Shown here: positions 1 through 10,491 of the stretch, piece after piece
Position numbering within the stretch: position 1 is the first letter of the stretch
How the letters are laid out: every line of letters begins with the position of its first letter
Assembly (NCBI GenBank): GCA_010093745.1
Contig: MU006027.1
Span: 1-64,000 of the forward strand
Reading direction: 5' to 3'
Length of the DNA stretch: 64,000 nt
DNA from: Piedraia hortae CBS 480.64
Lineage: Eukaryota
Position numbers and translations under genes: made by a program
The notes under the pieces: generated by a model
What the model was told of the DNA's origin: nothing
Databases searched by the model: none
Seen by the model: the letters and a program-made list of their open reading frames with translations, nothing else

Positions 1-93
1 AGAGATTTGTATGCAGGTACACATCTGCTCACAATTATAATACAAACTAATCATGGGTACACGCCAACGACACCCTGAATTGGGCTATCGAGA

Positions 94-2202
94 ATGCGAA
101 TAACATACTATGCCGGCGCGTCGGTAGCTGTGGCCGCCGCCACTTTGTTTAAGGCGTTTAACGAACGGCCAAACTTCTACAGCGCCTGCGTCTACCTTGC
201 GCAGTCCTCTGCCTGCCTCCTTGTCCTCTCCAACCTATGTCTTGTGTTGGCCTGTGGCTTTTTTTATGGCCTTCAACGCCTCTTCTATGGCCCCTTGCGG
301 CCTCTGGAGGTCGAAATGTTGTACGAGCGAGGCTGGTACGCCATATTGGACCTATGTTTGGCACTGCCAAGCGTAAGAGAGGATGTGGGCGCTCGGTTGC
401 TGTCCATGTTCCTGCTACTCATGGCTGCCAAAGTATGGGCGTGGATTGGCGAAGGACGGGTGGAGATTCTGGAGCAACAGCCACCAACAAACCCCAGATT
501 GTTCCACACAAGGCTGGCTTCGAGCTTGACCCTTTCGATGCTGTTCAGCATGTGGATGCTTAAGTCATGTATCATGCGCCTGGTCTCGGCCCCTGGACCT
601 GGGATGATGGTTACCTTCACTTTTGAGTTTGCAGTGCTGGGTGTTTTTACGCTTTTTACTTTGTGTAGATACGGCTTGGCAGTAACGCACAGCCTCATTG
701 AGAAGCGACAGATTGAGGCGGCCGTGGAAGAACGCAAGAGGGAAATTAGAGCGGAACGGGAACAACAACGGCGAGCATTTGAGTCTGGACAAGAGGGCGT
801 CCAGGCACCACCAACAGAGGAAGAAGAGCCGATTGAAGTGGATGAGAATGAGGTCAACGTGCCTGGGTGGGAAGTGAAAAGACGTTACCTCTTTGTGCTG
901 GAGATTGTTGCCGATTTTGCAAAGTTGACCTTCTTACTAGTCTTCTTGACAATCAGCATTGCCTTTGGCACGTTGCCCATGCATACGATGCGTGAGGTGT
1001 ACATGACGTTTGCAAGCTTCACCAAGAGAGTGGGCGACTACGCGGCGTATCGACAGGCCACACATAACATGAATGCTAAGTATCCCGATGCAACAACAGA
1101 GGAGATCCGGGGAGATACGTGCATTGTGTGTCGCGAGGCCATGGTGGCATGGGATCCCCAGCAGCAAACGCCTCGAGATGAGGGACTACGAGCCAAGAAG
1201 CTGCCGTGTAATCACATTCTGCATCTGAGGTGCTTGAAGGCCTGGCTGGAGCGGCAACAAGTGTGCCCAACCTGTCGACGGCCAGTCCTCACGCCTCCCC
1301 CGCAGCAACCCAATGTGGAAGGTGCGGGACCTGCAGGAGAAGGACGCCAAGCCCCAGCACGTAACGGGCCGCGACTTTTCAACTTAGGTCCATTTCGTAT
1401 CGGATTCTTGAGGGGCCGCGACATGGAAAACCTTCTTGACCAGCTTCGTGGACAAGAGAGACCCCAAGGTGCTGATGCAGCCGTGCCTGCGCAAGGGAAT
1501 CAAAGTCCTGCGCCCGCTTCCCAAACTGCTACGAGAAGCTCTAATAGCTCGAGCTCGTCTACGCGGGCACAGCTTGCACGCATCGAAGAACGATTGCAAC
1601 GCGAGAGCGCGCGGCTGAGCCAAGAAGTACAACAAATCAGGACACTACAGAGGATGGAGGCCAACATTGCTCAGATGAGAGCATCGATAGGGCAGGCGCG
1701 GCACCAAATGGCTGGGACTGGAGGGCCCAATGTTGCACCGCCGCCGGACCCCTCATATGGTATGGTGGAGATGCATAGTGACGGGCAGCTAATGTCTCAA
1801 TCTTCCAGAGAACTACCTGCGGGGTTGACCTTACCAGAAGGCTGGACGCTGATGCCGTTGCGGAGAGTAGATGATATGGCACCACCAACAAACGCGCATT
1901 CATCCATTTCCACGCCAGTACAACCCCCGGCGAATGGAAATCCAACGCCAATTGTGCAAATATCACGACACGCCATGGGGTCTGCATCTGGTGATACCAA
2001 CAGTCGGGTCGCCCCGCCCATCGAAACCGCACAATCTCAGCTGGTTCCGCCCACGACCGCAAGTGCCGAATCGTCTCGCACTCCTCGGCAAGCCCCTGCT
2101 TCGCCTCATACTCCGCCCAACTCTGGACAAAATAGCAATGGCCTGGGATCTGACGGCGTGGCAGCGACGGATACCAGTCAGCTTCATGACACAAGTGGGT
2201 AG
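94..2202 (+). CDS. HRD1: ERAD E3 ubiquitin ligase Hrd1 (multi-TM N-terminus, RING-H2)
   Basis: N-terminal RPNFYSACVYLAQS and hydrophobic helices; RING-H2 CIVCRE...KKLPCNHILHLRCLKAWLERQQVCPTCR; single ORF. Confidence 0.95.
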   Translation: MRITYYAGASVAVAAATLFKAFNERPNFYSACVYLAQSSACLLVLSNLCLVLACGFFYGLQRLFYGPLRPLEVEMLYERGWYAILDLCLALPSVREDVGARLLSMFLLLMAAKVWAWIGEGRVEILEQQPPTNPRLFHTRLASSLTLSMLFSMWMLKSCIMRLVSAPGPGMMVTFTFEFAVLGVFTLFTLCRYGLAVTHSLIEKRQIEAAVEERKREIRAEREQQRRAFESGQEGVQAPPTEEEEPIEVDENEVNVPGWEVKRRYLFVLEIVADFAKLTFLLVFLTISIAFGTLPMHTMREVYMTFASFTKRVGDYAAYRQATHNMNAKYPDATTEEIRGDTCIVCREAMVAWDPQQQTPRDEGLRAKKLPCNHILHLRCLKAWLERQQVCPTCRRPVLTPPPQQPNVEGAGPAGEGRQAPARNGPRLFNLGPFRIGFLRGRDMENLLDQLRGQERPQGADAAVPAQGNQSPAPASQTATRSSNSSSSSTRAQLARIEERLQRESARLSQEVQQIRTLQRMEANIAQMRASIGQARHQMAGTGGPNVAPPPDPSYGMVEMHSDGQLMSQSSRELPAGLTLPEGWTLMPLRRVDDMAPPTNAHSSISTPVQPPANGNPTPIVQISRHAMGSASGDTNSRVAPPIETAQSQLVPPTTASAESSRTPRQAPASPHTPPNSGQNSNGLGSDGVAATDTSQLHDTSG

Positions 2203-2709
2203 CAAATTTGGGTTAATGATGCATGCCTTCCACTACATTATTTCGGTAGCTATGTGACATTATATTCCGTGTGCGAAAAAGAATGCCAGGGTGCTCCAAC
2301 ATTCCCAGTTTTTCAAGCTATGATATGCGGAGCAGCGAAGAATGCGAGCCGTTGACCGATTTCCAAGCTCAGGATTGACTACTTTCACAGCTCGGCTCTA
2401 TGATCTGTTCCCGCTTACTCGGTTTACCAGTGGATTCTAATAGAGACACCTGCTGGTTGACACTGGATCATATCATGAAGCCTGCTTCGTCGTGTTCAAG
2501 ACCGGAATGGCGACTGCAAATAAACACCCCTGCTTGCAGCCCCTGCTGCAGACGATGATCAGATGCTCACGTGACGATAATTCAAAAAAAGGCCCTCGGT
2601 TGGCGTCGATTCCTCTGCAATGATCATAAAGTTTCAATCCCCACGTACTTAGCGGAGCCTGGTTGCCATCTTGGATATTCTCTCTGTTCACGATACCCAT
2701 ACACGACAA

Positions 2710-4324
2710 ATGCACCAATCTTACATTCTCCTTGGGTGGGTGGTAGTGGCTACCGTCCTCTTCCAAATTGCTTCTTTGGTGGTTCGAAGGAAACGATACA
2801 ATGGTATGTCAACAAAGTCATTGTTGTCCGTATCGCATTTGACTGTGTACAGCACTGGCTAAAGCCTGGGGTTGTGGTGATGTCCCCTACCTGACGAACA
2901 TGGGTTTTCTGGGATTGAGTCATTTGAATAGGATGGTTGCTGCCGATGAAGCCCAACTCTTTCCAGATGAGATGCAAGATTGGCACAACCAGATGTGCAA
3001 ATCAACAGGACGCACATGTGCTACATTTAAGACCACTTTTCTCGGGCAAACCTCATATTTTACCAGTGATCCCAAAAACATTCAGGCTCTGTTAGCAACG
3101 AAGTTTGGGGATTTCGATCTCGGTTCAACGCGAAGGGGCAATCTTATCGCGACACTGGGCGATGGTATCTTCGTCCAGGACGGTACTCCCTGGGAACACA
3201 GTCGAGCCTTGTTGCGGCCTAACTTTGTGAGGAGCCAGGTTTCCGATCTCCAGCTTGAGGAACGGCATATGCAGCACTTGTTCAAGGCCCTGCCCATACA
3301 GTCAGATGGGTGGACAAGGGCGGTTGACCTGAAAACTCTCTTTTTTCGATTGACGATTGACACATCGACTGAGTTTCTTTTTGGCGAGTCAGTCGGCAGT
3401 TTGAGTTCTAATGTTAGCCAAGCAGGAAAAGACGAATCGTTGTTTTCACGTCATTTTGACAGCGCCCAGTCGCACCTTGCGCAACGCTCTCGTTTGGGCG
3501 ATCGTTACTGGCTTCACAACCCTCGTAATTTCAAGAAAGATAATGAAGTGGTCAACAAGTTCGTGGACCACTACGTAAAGCTTGCACTGATGAAAGGCCA
3601 AACGCAAGAGAAGCTCGAAGAGGGCAAATATGTCATGCTGGAAGAACTGGCACAGCAAACCCGCGATCCGGAAGAACTTCGCGGGCAGCTGTTGAATATA
3701 CTTTTAGCAGGCCGCGATACCACTGCTTCGTTGTTGTCATGGCTCTTCCACATCCTGGCAAAGGACCCAGATGCTTATGCGAAACTTCGCGGAGCCATTA
3801 TCGACACCTTTGGAACATACTCTGCGCCCCAGGAAATCAACTTTAGCACCCTGAAGGGATGTAAAACTCTGCAAAATTATCTTAATGAAGCACTGCGTCT
3901 CTGGCCCGTTGTCCCAGTCAATGCTCGGCGATCAAACAAGGCGACGACTTTGCCTACAGGTGGAGGTCCGAACGGCACCTCGCCTGTCTTCGTTCCCCCG
4001 CAGATGGAAATCGTATACAGCGTGCATGTGACGCACAACCGTGCCGATATCTGGGGCGAGGACGCACATCTCTTCAAGCCTGAGCGGTTTGAATCCCGCC
4101 GGCCGAACTGGGACTATATCCCGTTCAATGGGGGCCCACGCATCTGCTTGGGGCAGCAGCTTGCCCTCACCACAGCAGGTTACGTGGTTGTCAGGCTCAT
4201 CCAGAGATTTGACAAGATGCAAGGGGTAGGGAGTTGGGTCAACGAGAGGCCGAAATCGAACCTGGGCCTAACAAATGCCCCGGGAGATGGTGTCGTGGTC
4301 AGATTGCATGCTGCTGATGAATAA
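2710..4324 (+). CDS. Cytochrome P450, CYP52-like (alkane/fatty-acid hydroxylase group)
   Basis: Exon 1 (2710-2803) encodes a TM anchor, MHQSYILLGWVVVATVLF. Intron 2804-2852 (GTATGT..TACAG) joins it in frame to ORF 2900-4324. Motifs AGRDTTA, EALR, PERF and heme PFNGGPRICLG. Confidence 0.92.
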
Positions 4325-6002
4325 TGTGTTTAAGAATGTACGAAACCCGTGATGAGCGCCGCTCATCAAATGTAGGACGTTGACGATATGACTGTATGCA
4401 TACACGATTCTGTTTAACTATCAATGTTGTGAACAAGCTGTATAGATTGCGTGCGCTCGGCGCACGACAGCCGCAAGATCATTCTGGAGGACCATTGAAC
4501 AAGACTAGTCAATCTGCATATCTTGTTAATGTCTGCCCGCCACATGGACAGCGCATAGATCCACACTGCCTGTGAGGCTACAGAGCAAGGATGGGATTCG
4601 TAGATTATTACGTACAGACTGGTCTGACGAAGCAAGAGGGGAGTGATGTTCCATGGTCGAAGAGATGGCATACAGCCTGGCGATTTGCGTGAGCTGCAGC
4701 AACAATCACCGGATACCAAAATGAACAGACAGGACAAGACTGCTGCACCGCTTTCATGGAGATTCCATTGGCTGGCAACGTACCGGAATGTCCCTAAGCT
4801 GCAGGGCTCCCATCAGTCAGGCCTCTCGTTCTTTCTCGACGTGGACTACTGCAGAACACATCTAAGCCGTCCTGTCCGATCGAATTGGGACCAAAATAGG
4901 ACGCAACAGGATCCATAAAATTTGTCATGTGTCGAGATGACCCGTACAAAAGGGTGTCCTCCATGATTTCGTCTCCGGTCCAATCGCTAACCTTGGTTTA
5001 CTAATGATGCATAACTAATTTAAAAGCCCAGAACAGAAAATTTGTCCGATCAACATGTCAAATAGAGCGAAGAATTTGCTTTTTGGGCATATATGAACGA
5101 CAATATACCATGATTTGCAGAGATGGAACGATCTGCCACGATATTTCGGCGTCTCCGGTGTTCAAAAGCGCGAGTTCCGAGGCTTGTGAGCGAGAAAAAT
5201 GCAAGCGCTAGAGCGTTACGGTATACACTTCTTGAGCAGATTAACAGTCATCTGCGGGATGCATTTTATCTTGTAGAGCACAATTGTCGCCCATCGCCTA
5301 TATTGTTATAATGGCTCCTCGCCAAATGTTACCGGTACCCAGACGCGCGGTATCGGCAGTTGCTGTACCATTAAATTGGTAACACCGAATGCGTGGGATG
5401 TGGAAATGAATAAGGCGACCTGCAAATATGCATAGACCAACCACAGGTGGACGTAAACAGCTTATGCGCCAGAAATAAACAGATGGCTGTCGCACACGTT
5501 GGAGTTGGCGTTTTTACAAGGTCGTCGCCGCGCCAAGGCTTGAGAAAGTTTGACATTCCGAAGCGAAGCCACCAAGGAGCCTGTGACAACTACATAGACC
5601 TTGCAGTAGCGACTGTTGGGTGTGAGGCTGGGCTAGGCTTCTCGAATGACGATCACGTTTGACATGACCTGTTTGAGCCCGGAAGAGTATTGGGTGGGGC
5701 GCGCTACTTGGTTTGACATTCATGTGGTTGGTTTGATGTTTATTCTCCGAGGCTAGTGTCGCTAGCGTTGGTTTGGTGGCTTAAGAGCACTTGCGCAATG
5801 CCTATCTCACAACCAAGGCTGTGCTATGCAGTGACGCCCCCCAGAGGATTGCGGAACAAATGCGACCAGCAGTTCGGGCAGGCTGACGCAATTTTGGCGG
5901 TGGAAGTTACAATTTACGCTTTGATCCCTGTGCGGATTAGGGTAAGCGGACCGGGGATCCGGTGCCGGCAGGTGATAGATTAACGGCTTGCACCATCTGC
6001 CG

Positions 6003-6151
6003 CCCCACGGGACTTGTGCATAAGCGCACTAACGTCGTTGCATCCACACGCGGAGTTGAGGCTCCACCGCGGCGGGTCGCCGCTCCGCGGTTGGCGCAAA
6101 CGGCTGAGTTTCAGCTTTTGAGGGTTGGGTTTTAGCCACGGATCACTCCGC
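6003..6151. promoter_or_regulatory. Cluster of CreA-like (SYGGRG) and XlnR-like (GGCTRA) sites upstream of the GH43 gene
   Basis: SYGGRG on either strand at 6003, 6050, 6062, 6083 and 6146; GGCTGA at 6102; TTAGCC at 6132. These are short motifs, supported only by context. Confidence 0.35.
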
Positions 6152-6323
6152 AGGGAATGCTCACATGGTCCGGCCGTCGTCCACATTCCAAGATTGGCGT
6201 CATGGATAACCACCCCCGCTCCCTGGGCCGTGACAGAGCCCATGCTGTAAGTGTTCAAACATTCCCCTTTGTCCCATTCCGCTCTTTCTTCACTTCACGC
6301 CCACTGCCTGCCGCTCCTTCACA

Positions 6324-7691
6324 ATGGCCCGCCGGTGGTGGGGTCAGCATTCGGTCGACCCCGACCCTGACCCCGACTCGGAGCATTCACAGCCGCGTCG
6401 TTCGTTTTACCAGCGTCATTTTTGTCGTGTCGTTACCGTTGACCAGGAGAAAACGGAAAATGTCACGCACAAGTTCTCTTTCCGAGCCCGGGGATCACAG
6501 CTGGTCCTGATTGGGAGCATGTTCCTCTCAATCGCCTTTGTGGGCATCGCCCTCGGACTCGTATTCGGTCTGTCTCCTGCTCGCCGCTCTTCTCTGGGGC
6601 TTCCACTGCCAACCCATGGCCACCAAGTCCCCATCAATCCTGCTCTAGACGTGAACTTTCCAGACCCCAGCTTGTGGCATGCCAATGGCATTTACATGGC
6701 CTTAGCTACCAACAATGCCGCCGGCATTTTGAACGCTGTATCGAACATCACTGGCCAGGATGACTACGGTGTCAGTAATGTCCAAGTCGCTACGTCGACG
6801 GATCTGTTGTCGTGGACCCTCCTCGACGCCCGCCATGATCCGTTGCCGCGAGTTGGTAAATGGGCAGTACAGGGCCTTGCCCAAGAAACTCACATTCCAA
6901 AAGCTGCCGTATGGGCCCCCAGTGTCAACCAGCGTCCTGACGGTTGTTTTGTCCTATATTACTCGGCTCATCCCCATGCCCTGGATAGTTCTGGAAATGT
7001 GGCAGTGGAACCTGCAAGCATAGGCGCACATCCGCCTCCCCACTGCATTGGCGCCGCCATAGCAAGGGATCCCATAGGCCCATACAGCCCTCTCGACAGA
7101 CCCTTGGCATGTCCCATCAACCGAGGCGGTGCCATCGATGCTGACGGGTTTCGGGACTCAAATGGGGACATGTACGTGGTTTACAAGGTCGATGGCAACA
7201 ACATTGGGCATGGGGGCGACTGCGGAAACACAGTCGAGCCACTTTTGCCCACGCCTATTATGCTCCAGAAATTGCTTGCCGACGGGGTAACGCCAGATGG
7301 TGAACCATCTCAAATCTTGGACCGAGTCGAAGAAGACGGGCCGCTGGTGGAAGCGCCGGTAATTGTGCAATCACCGGACGGCCTCTACTTCTTGTTCTTC
7401 AGCTCCGGCTGCACTCGTTCCCCTTCATACAACGTCAAATATGCCACGGCCACGAATGTGCAGGGCCCTTATACACGCGCGCCCATACCTCTGCTCAGGA
7501 CCGGCGACTTTGGCTTGCTTGCGCCGGGTAGTGTCGGCATACACCGTGAGCCTGGAACAAACGACTACAACATGGTGTTCCATGCCCGTGTGGCGGAAGA
7601 TGATACGGGGCTCGTTCGGGCCATGTTCAACACGAAGTTGTCCTTTAATGGGCATGTGGTCACCCTCGAGCCAGTCCTCTCGGTGACTTGA
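6324..7691 (+). CDS. Glycoside hydrolase family 43 with N-terminal membrane anchor
   Basis: NFPDPS, WAPSV, GAIDAD and LVEAP motifs supply the three GH43 acidic residues; TM segment LVLIGSMFLSIAFVGIALGLVFGL. Confidence 0.88.
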   Translation: MARRWWGQHSVDPDPDPDSEHSQPRRSFYQRHFCRVVTVDQEKTENVTHKFSFRARGSQLVLIGSMFLSIAFVGIALGLVFGLSPARRSSLGLPLPTHGHQVPINPALDVNFPDPSLWHANGIYMALATNNAAGILNAVSNITGQDDYGVSNVQVATSTDLLSWTLLDARHDPLPRVGKWAVQGLAQETHIPKAAVWAPSVNQRPDGCFVLYYSAHPHALDSSGNVAVEPASIGAHPPPHCIGAAIARDPIGPYSPLDRPLACPINRGGAIDADGFRDSNGDMYVVYKVDGNNIGHGGDCGNTVEPLLPTPIMLQKLLADGVTPDGEPSQILDRVEEDGPLVEAPVIVQSPDGLYFLFFSSGCTRSPSYNVKYATATNVQGPYTRAPIPLLRTGDFGLLAPGSVGIHREPGTNDYNMVFHARVAEDDTGLVRAMFNTKLSFNGHVVTLEPVLSVT

Positions 7692-7947
7692 TTTTGGAGT
7701 TTGCGGAGATTTTCATGCATAGCGTTCCGTTATGAAAGCGATTTGTTATGAGCGCGGAGTTGGAAGGTGCGTTGCATTTTTGAATGGGAAAGGAGCATTA
7801 TACCCAGGCTTGATTGAGGCTATGATGATGAGTTCAGTACATATTGCTTAATGAATCAGCAATTGCAGACGAATTCACCTTTCCGTTCTCATTCCCGTAG
7901 ACTAAGTAGAAGTAAAGTGGGAGTGAAGTGGGCATGTGATCTACCGT

Positions 7948-7970
7948 GCAGATGCAGATGCAGACGCAGC
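7948..7970. repeat. Short (GCAGAT)n hexamer repeat between the convergent GH43 and GRC3 genes
   Basis: gcagatgcagatgcagacgcagc seen directly. Confidence 0.7.
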
Positions 7971-8069
7971 ATGGGGGTTTCGTTCCTGCAGGCAGTGTAC
8001 CCATGTCGGCTTTCCTTCCACTGTGTCGGGCTCGGCATGTGCTGACAATGGTACGTGCATGAACTACTA

Positions 8070-9767
8070 CTACCGCTTCATCATCGGCGGGTGTCGTAAT
8101 CTCCATATCGCTCCTTCGACTCCCACACCTTCGCGCCTGCTAACCCAGGGCCCATATCCCTCCCCATCTTTGCCTAAATATACGTCTTCTAGATAGGCCC
8201 ATTCGGGCGCATCAAACGTTCCTCGCGCGAGGACTACTTGCTTATCGCACAACTGCAACATTTCCTTGTCAGAGAGAGAGACGATGAGCTGTAGCTCCTC
8301 TCTTACATGATCCACTGCGCGCACCAGTGCCAGCCCGTGACAGCAAGACCTCTCAGGATTGAGAGCAGCGCCGGAAGAGGGGATGCCTTCCGGGCTGCGT
8401 TGATCAACCGTGGGCACGTCATCCTCAACAGTTATCACTGCTACTATAGAGCCACTCAGAAGCTCAGCAAGGAACTCTATCCCCGGCGCGGGACCCAGGG
8501 AAACTACGGCGTGCACGCCGCCTCGTCCTTGAGAGTACGAGACGAGCCAGGGACGAACTTCGCTGAGCGGTCTTGCAGACCACTTTTCACCTTTCCGGTG
8601 GAAAGACGAAATTGTCTGCATGCTCCGAAGCTCGGCCGGCGTGCGTGCAGTGGGACGTGGTGGTTGTCGGGGCAGTCTGTAGGTGCTAATGGGTAAGCTT
8701 TTGAGCTCTTCCATCTCTTCCACCTCAAAGTCTACCAAATCTGTAGCTTTGACAATGTGGACCAGGTCGGTAAGGACGTCGCCGCCCAAACCGTTGGTCC
8801 ACCCACATGTATTCACGACAAGAGGGGTACACGTGTCAGCGTGCCTAACCAGATCCCGAGCGCAGGCAAGATAGAAGCTAGGGCCATCTTTGAAAGTGTT
8901 TGCCGCAATGGTATGGCATCTGAGCAGCTTGTGGTGGTGGGATTGTGAAGACGCTAGATGTGTCCACGAAGGACCGAGGAGAGGGGTAGTTACTTCCACC
9001 AGCGACAGCTGTCCTGGAGGACCAAATTCCGGCTGCCCGGGGTCAAGGTCCAGGTAGGTGACTTTTGCTGATGGACCACTCAATAAGGTATTGCATAGCA
9101 TCCTGTTGAACGTTGACTTGCCAGAAGACTTGGCACCAATAGAAATGGTCCTCTGTGGCCGGTCGTAGCGAGCTTCCGCGGCCAACTTGGCAAGCACTTG
9201 CTGCACGGTTCTTTCGACTAAAAGAGGGGTCAGAAGACGACGAAATGGGTCCTCAGCAGAGGTACTGAGTGGAAAAAACGAAATGCCTTCACTTTGGTCG
9301 GTCCAGATCTTCCCAAACAGGGGCGATAATTGTTCTAGACGGCATAAGCCTGGATCGGCATGGGCTATCTCAATAACAGTATCATTTTTCCGCGCCTCAA
9401 CCGACGGAAGGGCACAGATACTTGGGCAAAAAACTCGATAAGTGTGCCCTGGATGCACAATAGCTCCGTAGACGGTTGCGAGGCCGCTATCGACACGAAG
9501 GTCATAGATCCCCACGCATGTTAGGAATTCTCCCTCATTCAGGGAGGCTTGGATGAACTTCGCATTCTCCTGAATGCTCTCTGGTCGACAACTTGACAAT
9601 GTGACTGCCAGTCGCGATATGTGAATCGCATCTTCAGATTTGTCCGATACGTAATCGTTTTCATCAAGAATTGTCAAAGCTTGGTCAGCGGGAACTGAAA
9701 CCATTTGCTTGTTGGCGGCAAACGCACTGAGCTGGCCAAAGGCATCGTCTGCGGATCTTTTCGCCAT
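8070..9767 (-). CDS. GRC3: Polynucleotide 5'-hydroxyl kinase Grc3/Nol9
   Basis: P-loop GAKSSGKST, DLDPGQPEF and VVNTCGW motifs. First ATG is at 9767; the ORF-track start at 9839 is TTG. Confidence 0.92.
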   Translation of the reverse strand: MAKRSADDAFGQLSAFAANKQMVSVPADQALTILDENDYVSDKSEDAIHISRLAVTLSSCRPESIQENAKFIQASLNEGEFLTCVGIYDLRVDSGLATVYGAIVHPGHTYRVFCPSICALPSVEARKNDTVIEIAHADPGLCRLEQLSPLFGKIWTDQSEGISFFPLSTSAEDPFRRLLTPLLVERTVQQVLAKLAAEARYDRPQRTISIGAKSSGKSTFNRMLCNTLLSGPSAKVTYLDLDPGQPEFGPPGQLSLVEVTTPLLGPSWTHLASSQSHHHKLLRCHTIAANTFKDGPSFYLACARDLVRHADTCTPLVVNTCGWTNGLGGDVLTDLVHIVKATDLVDFEVEEMEELKSLPISTYRLPRQPPRPTARTPAELRSMQTISSFHRKGEKWSARPLSEVRPWLVSYSQGRGGVHAVVSLGPAPGIEFLAELLSGSIVAVITVEDDVPTVDQRSPEGIPSSGAALNPERSCCHGLALVRAVDHVREELQLIVSLSDKEMLQLCDKQVVLARGTFDAPEWAYLEDVYLGKDGEGYGPWVSRREGVGVEGAIWRLRHPPMMKR

Positions 9768-9839
9768 TTGGTGTTGTGCGTGGAAGGTTGGCACATGCAA
9801 CCTGTACGCTAGCGCGAAAATCCTCCGCCAAACACCCAA

Positions 9840-10228
9840 ATGTCGCGTAAAGTAGGTCAGCGCGTAAGCTCCAAAGGCGCATATCTAACGGAGACGTTCA
9901 GCATATCGTATCGTCTTACTACAAAATTCTCGAGCGCTGGCCCGAAGATCCGCTGCGGCCAAAGCAGCGGCATTTCCAGCGACTCTTGCGCGCGCGCATC
10001 AAGGCACCGCCCACGCCATTCCGCGACGAGAGAAAAGAAGTCAATGCTGCCTTTAATCTGCTAAACAATGCGTTTGCGAAGAGGTGGAAATTGGGGGAGA
10101 TGATGATGAAGCCGGCGAGTGCACCGACCCATTATAGCGATCTAAGGCAAGAGCTGGAGGAGTTGCCGCACAGGACGTGGTTACAACACGCGATCAAAAG
10201 GATCAAGAGCATGGTCCGGTTTCAATAA
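9840..10228 (+). CDS. Small mitochondrial Cbp6/UQCC2-like complex III assembly factor
   Basis: Splicing (donor 9852 or 9864, acceptor 9901, branch CTAAC) gives MSRK..HIVSSYYKILERWPEDPLRP...MMKPASAPTHYSDL; WPxDPLRP and P.S.P.HY motifs. Confidence 0.65.
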
Positions 10229-10491
10229 GAACTATCGCTATTGACTGCGCCGAGATGCGGCGACAATTATTCAGCGAGGGACAGCGGGAAGCTTACTGAA
10301 ACAGCGGCAACTTGAGCTCCATGACCTACGCAAACACACGATGGACTGGGGGTTTTAGAATGTGTATAACTAGAATAGCCCGTGCAAACTCTTTACTGGA
10401 CACCATTACGCGTCAGCCGAGCCCCTCCCCACTTCAGCCACGACCACTTCTCCATTAGGCTTTGTTGACAGATTCCTCGTCCAAGCGCATC

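Noticed and set aside
5935..5946. TTAGGGTAAG as a telomerase RNA template in the 2-kb gap
   Set aside because: Does not give the TTAGGGTTA register and I found no adjacent template-pseudoknot core.
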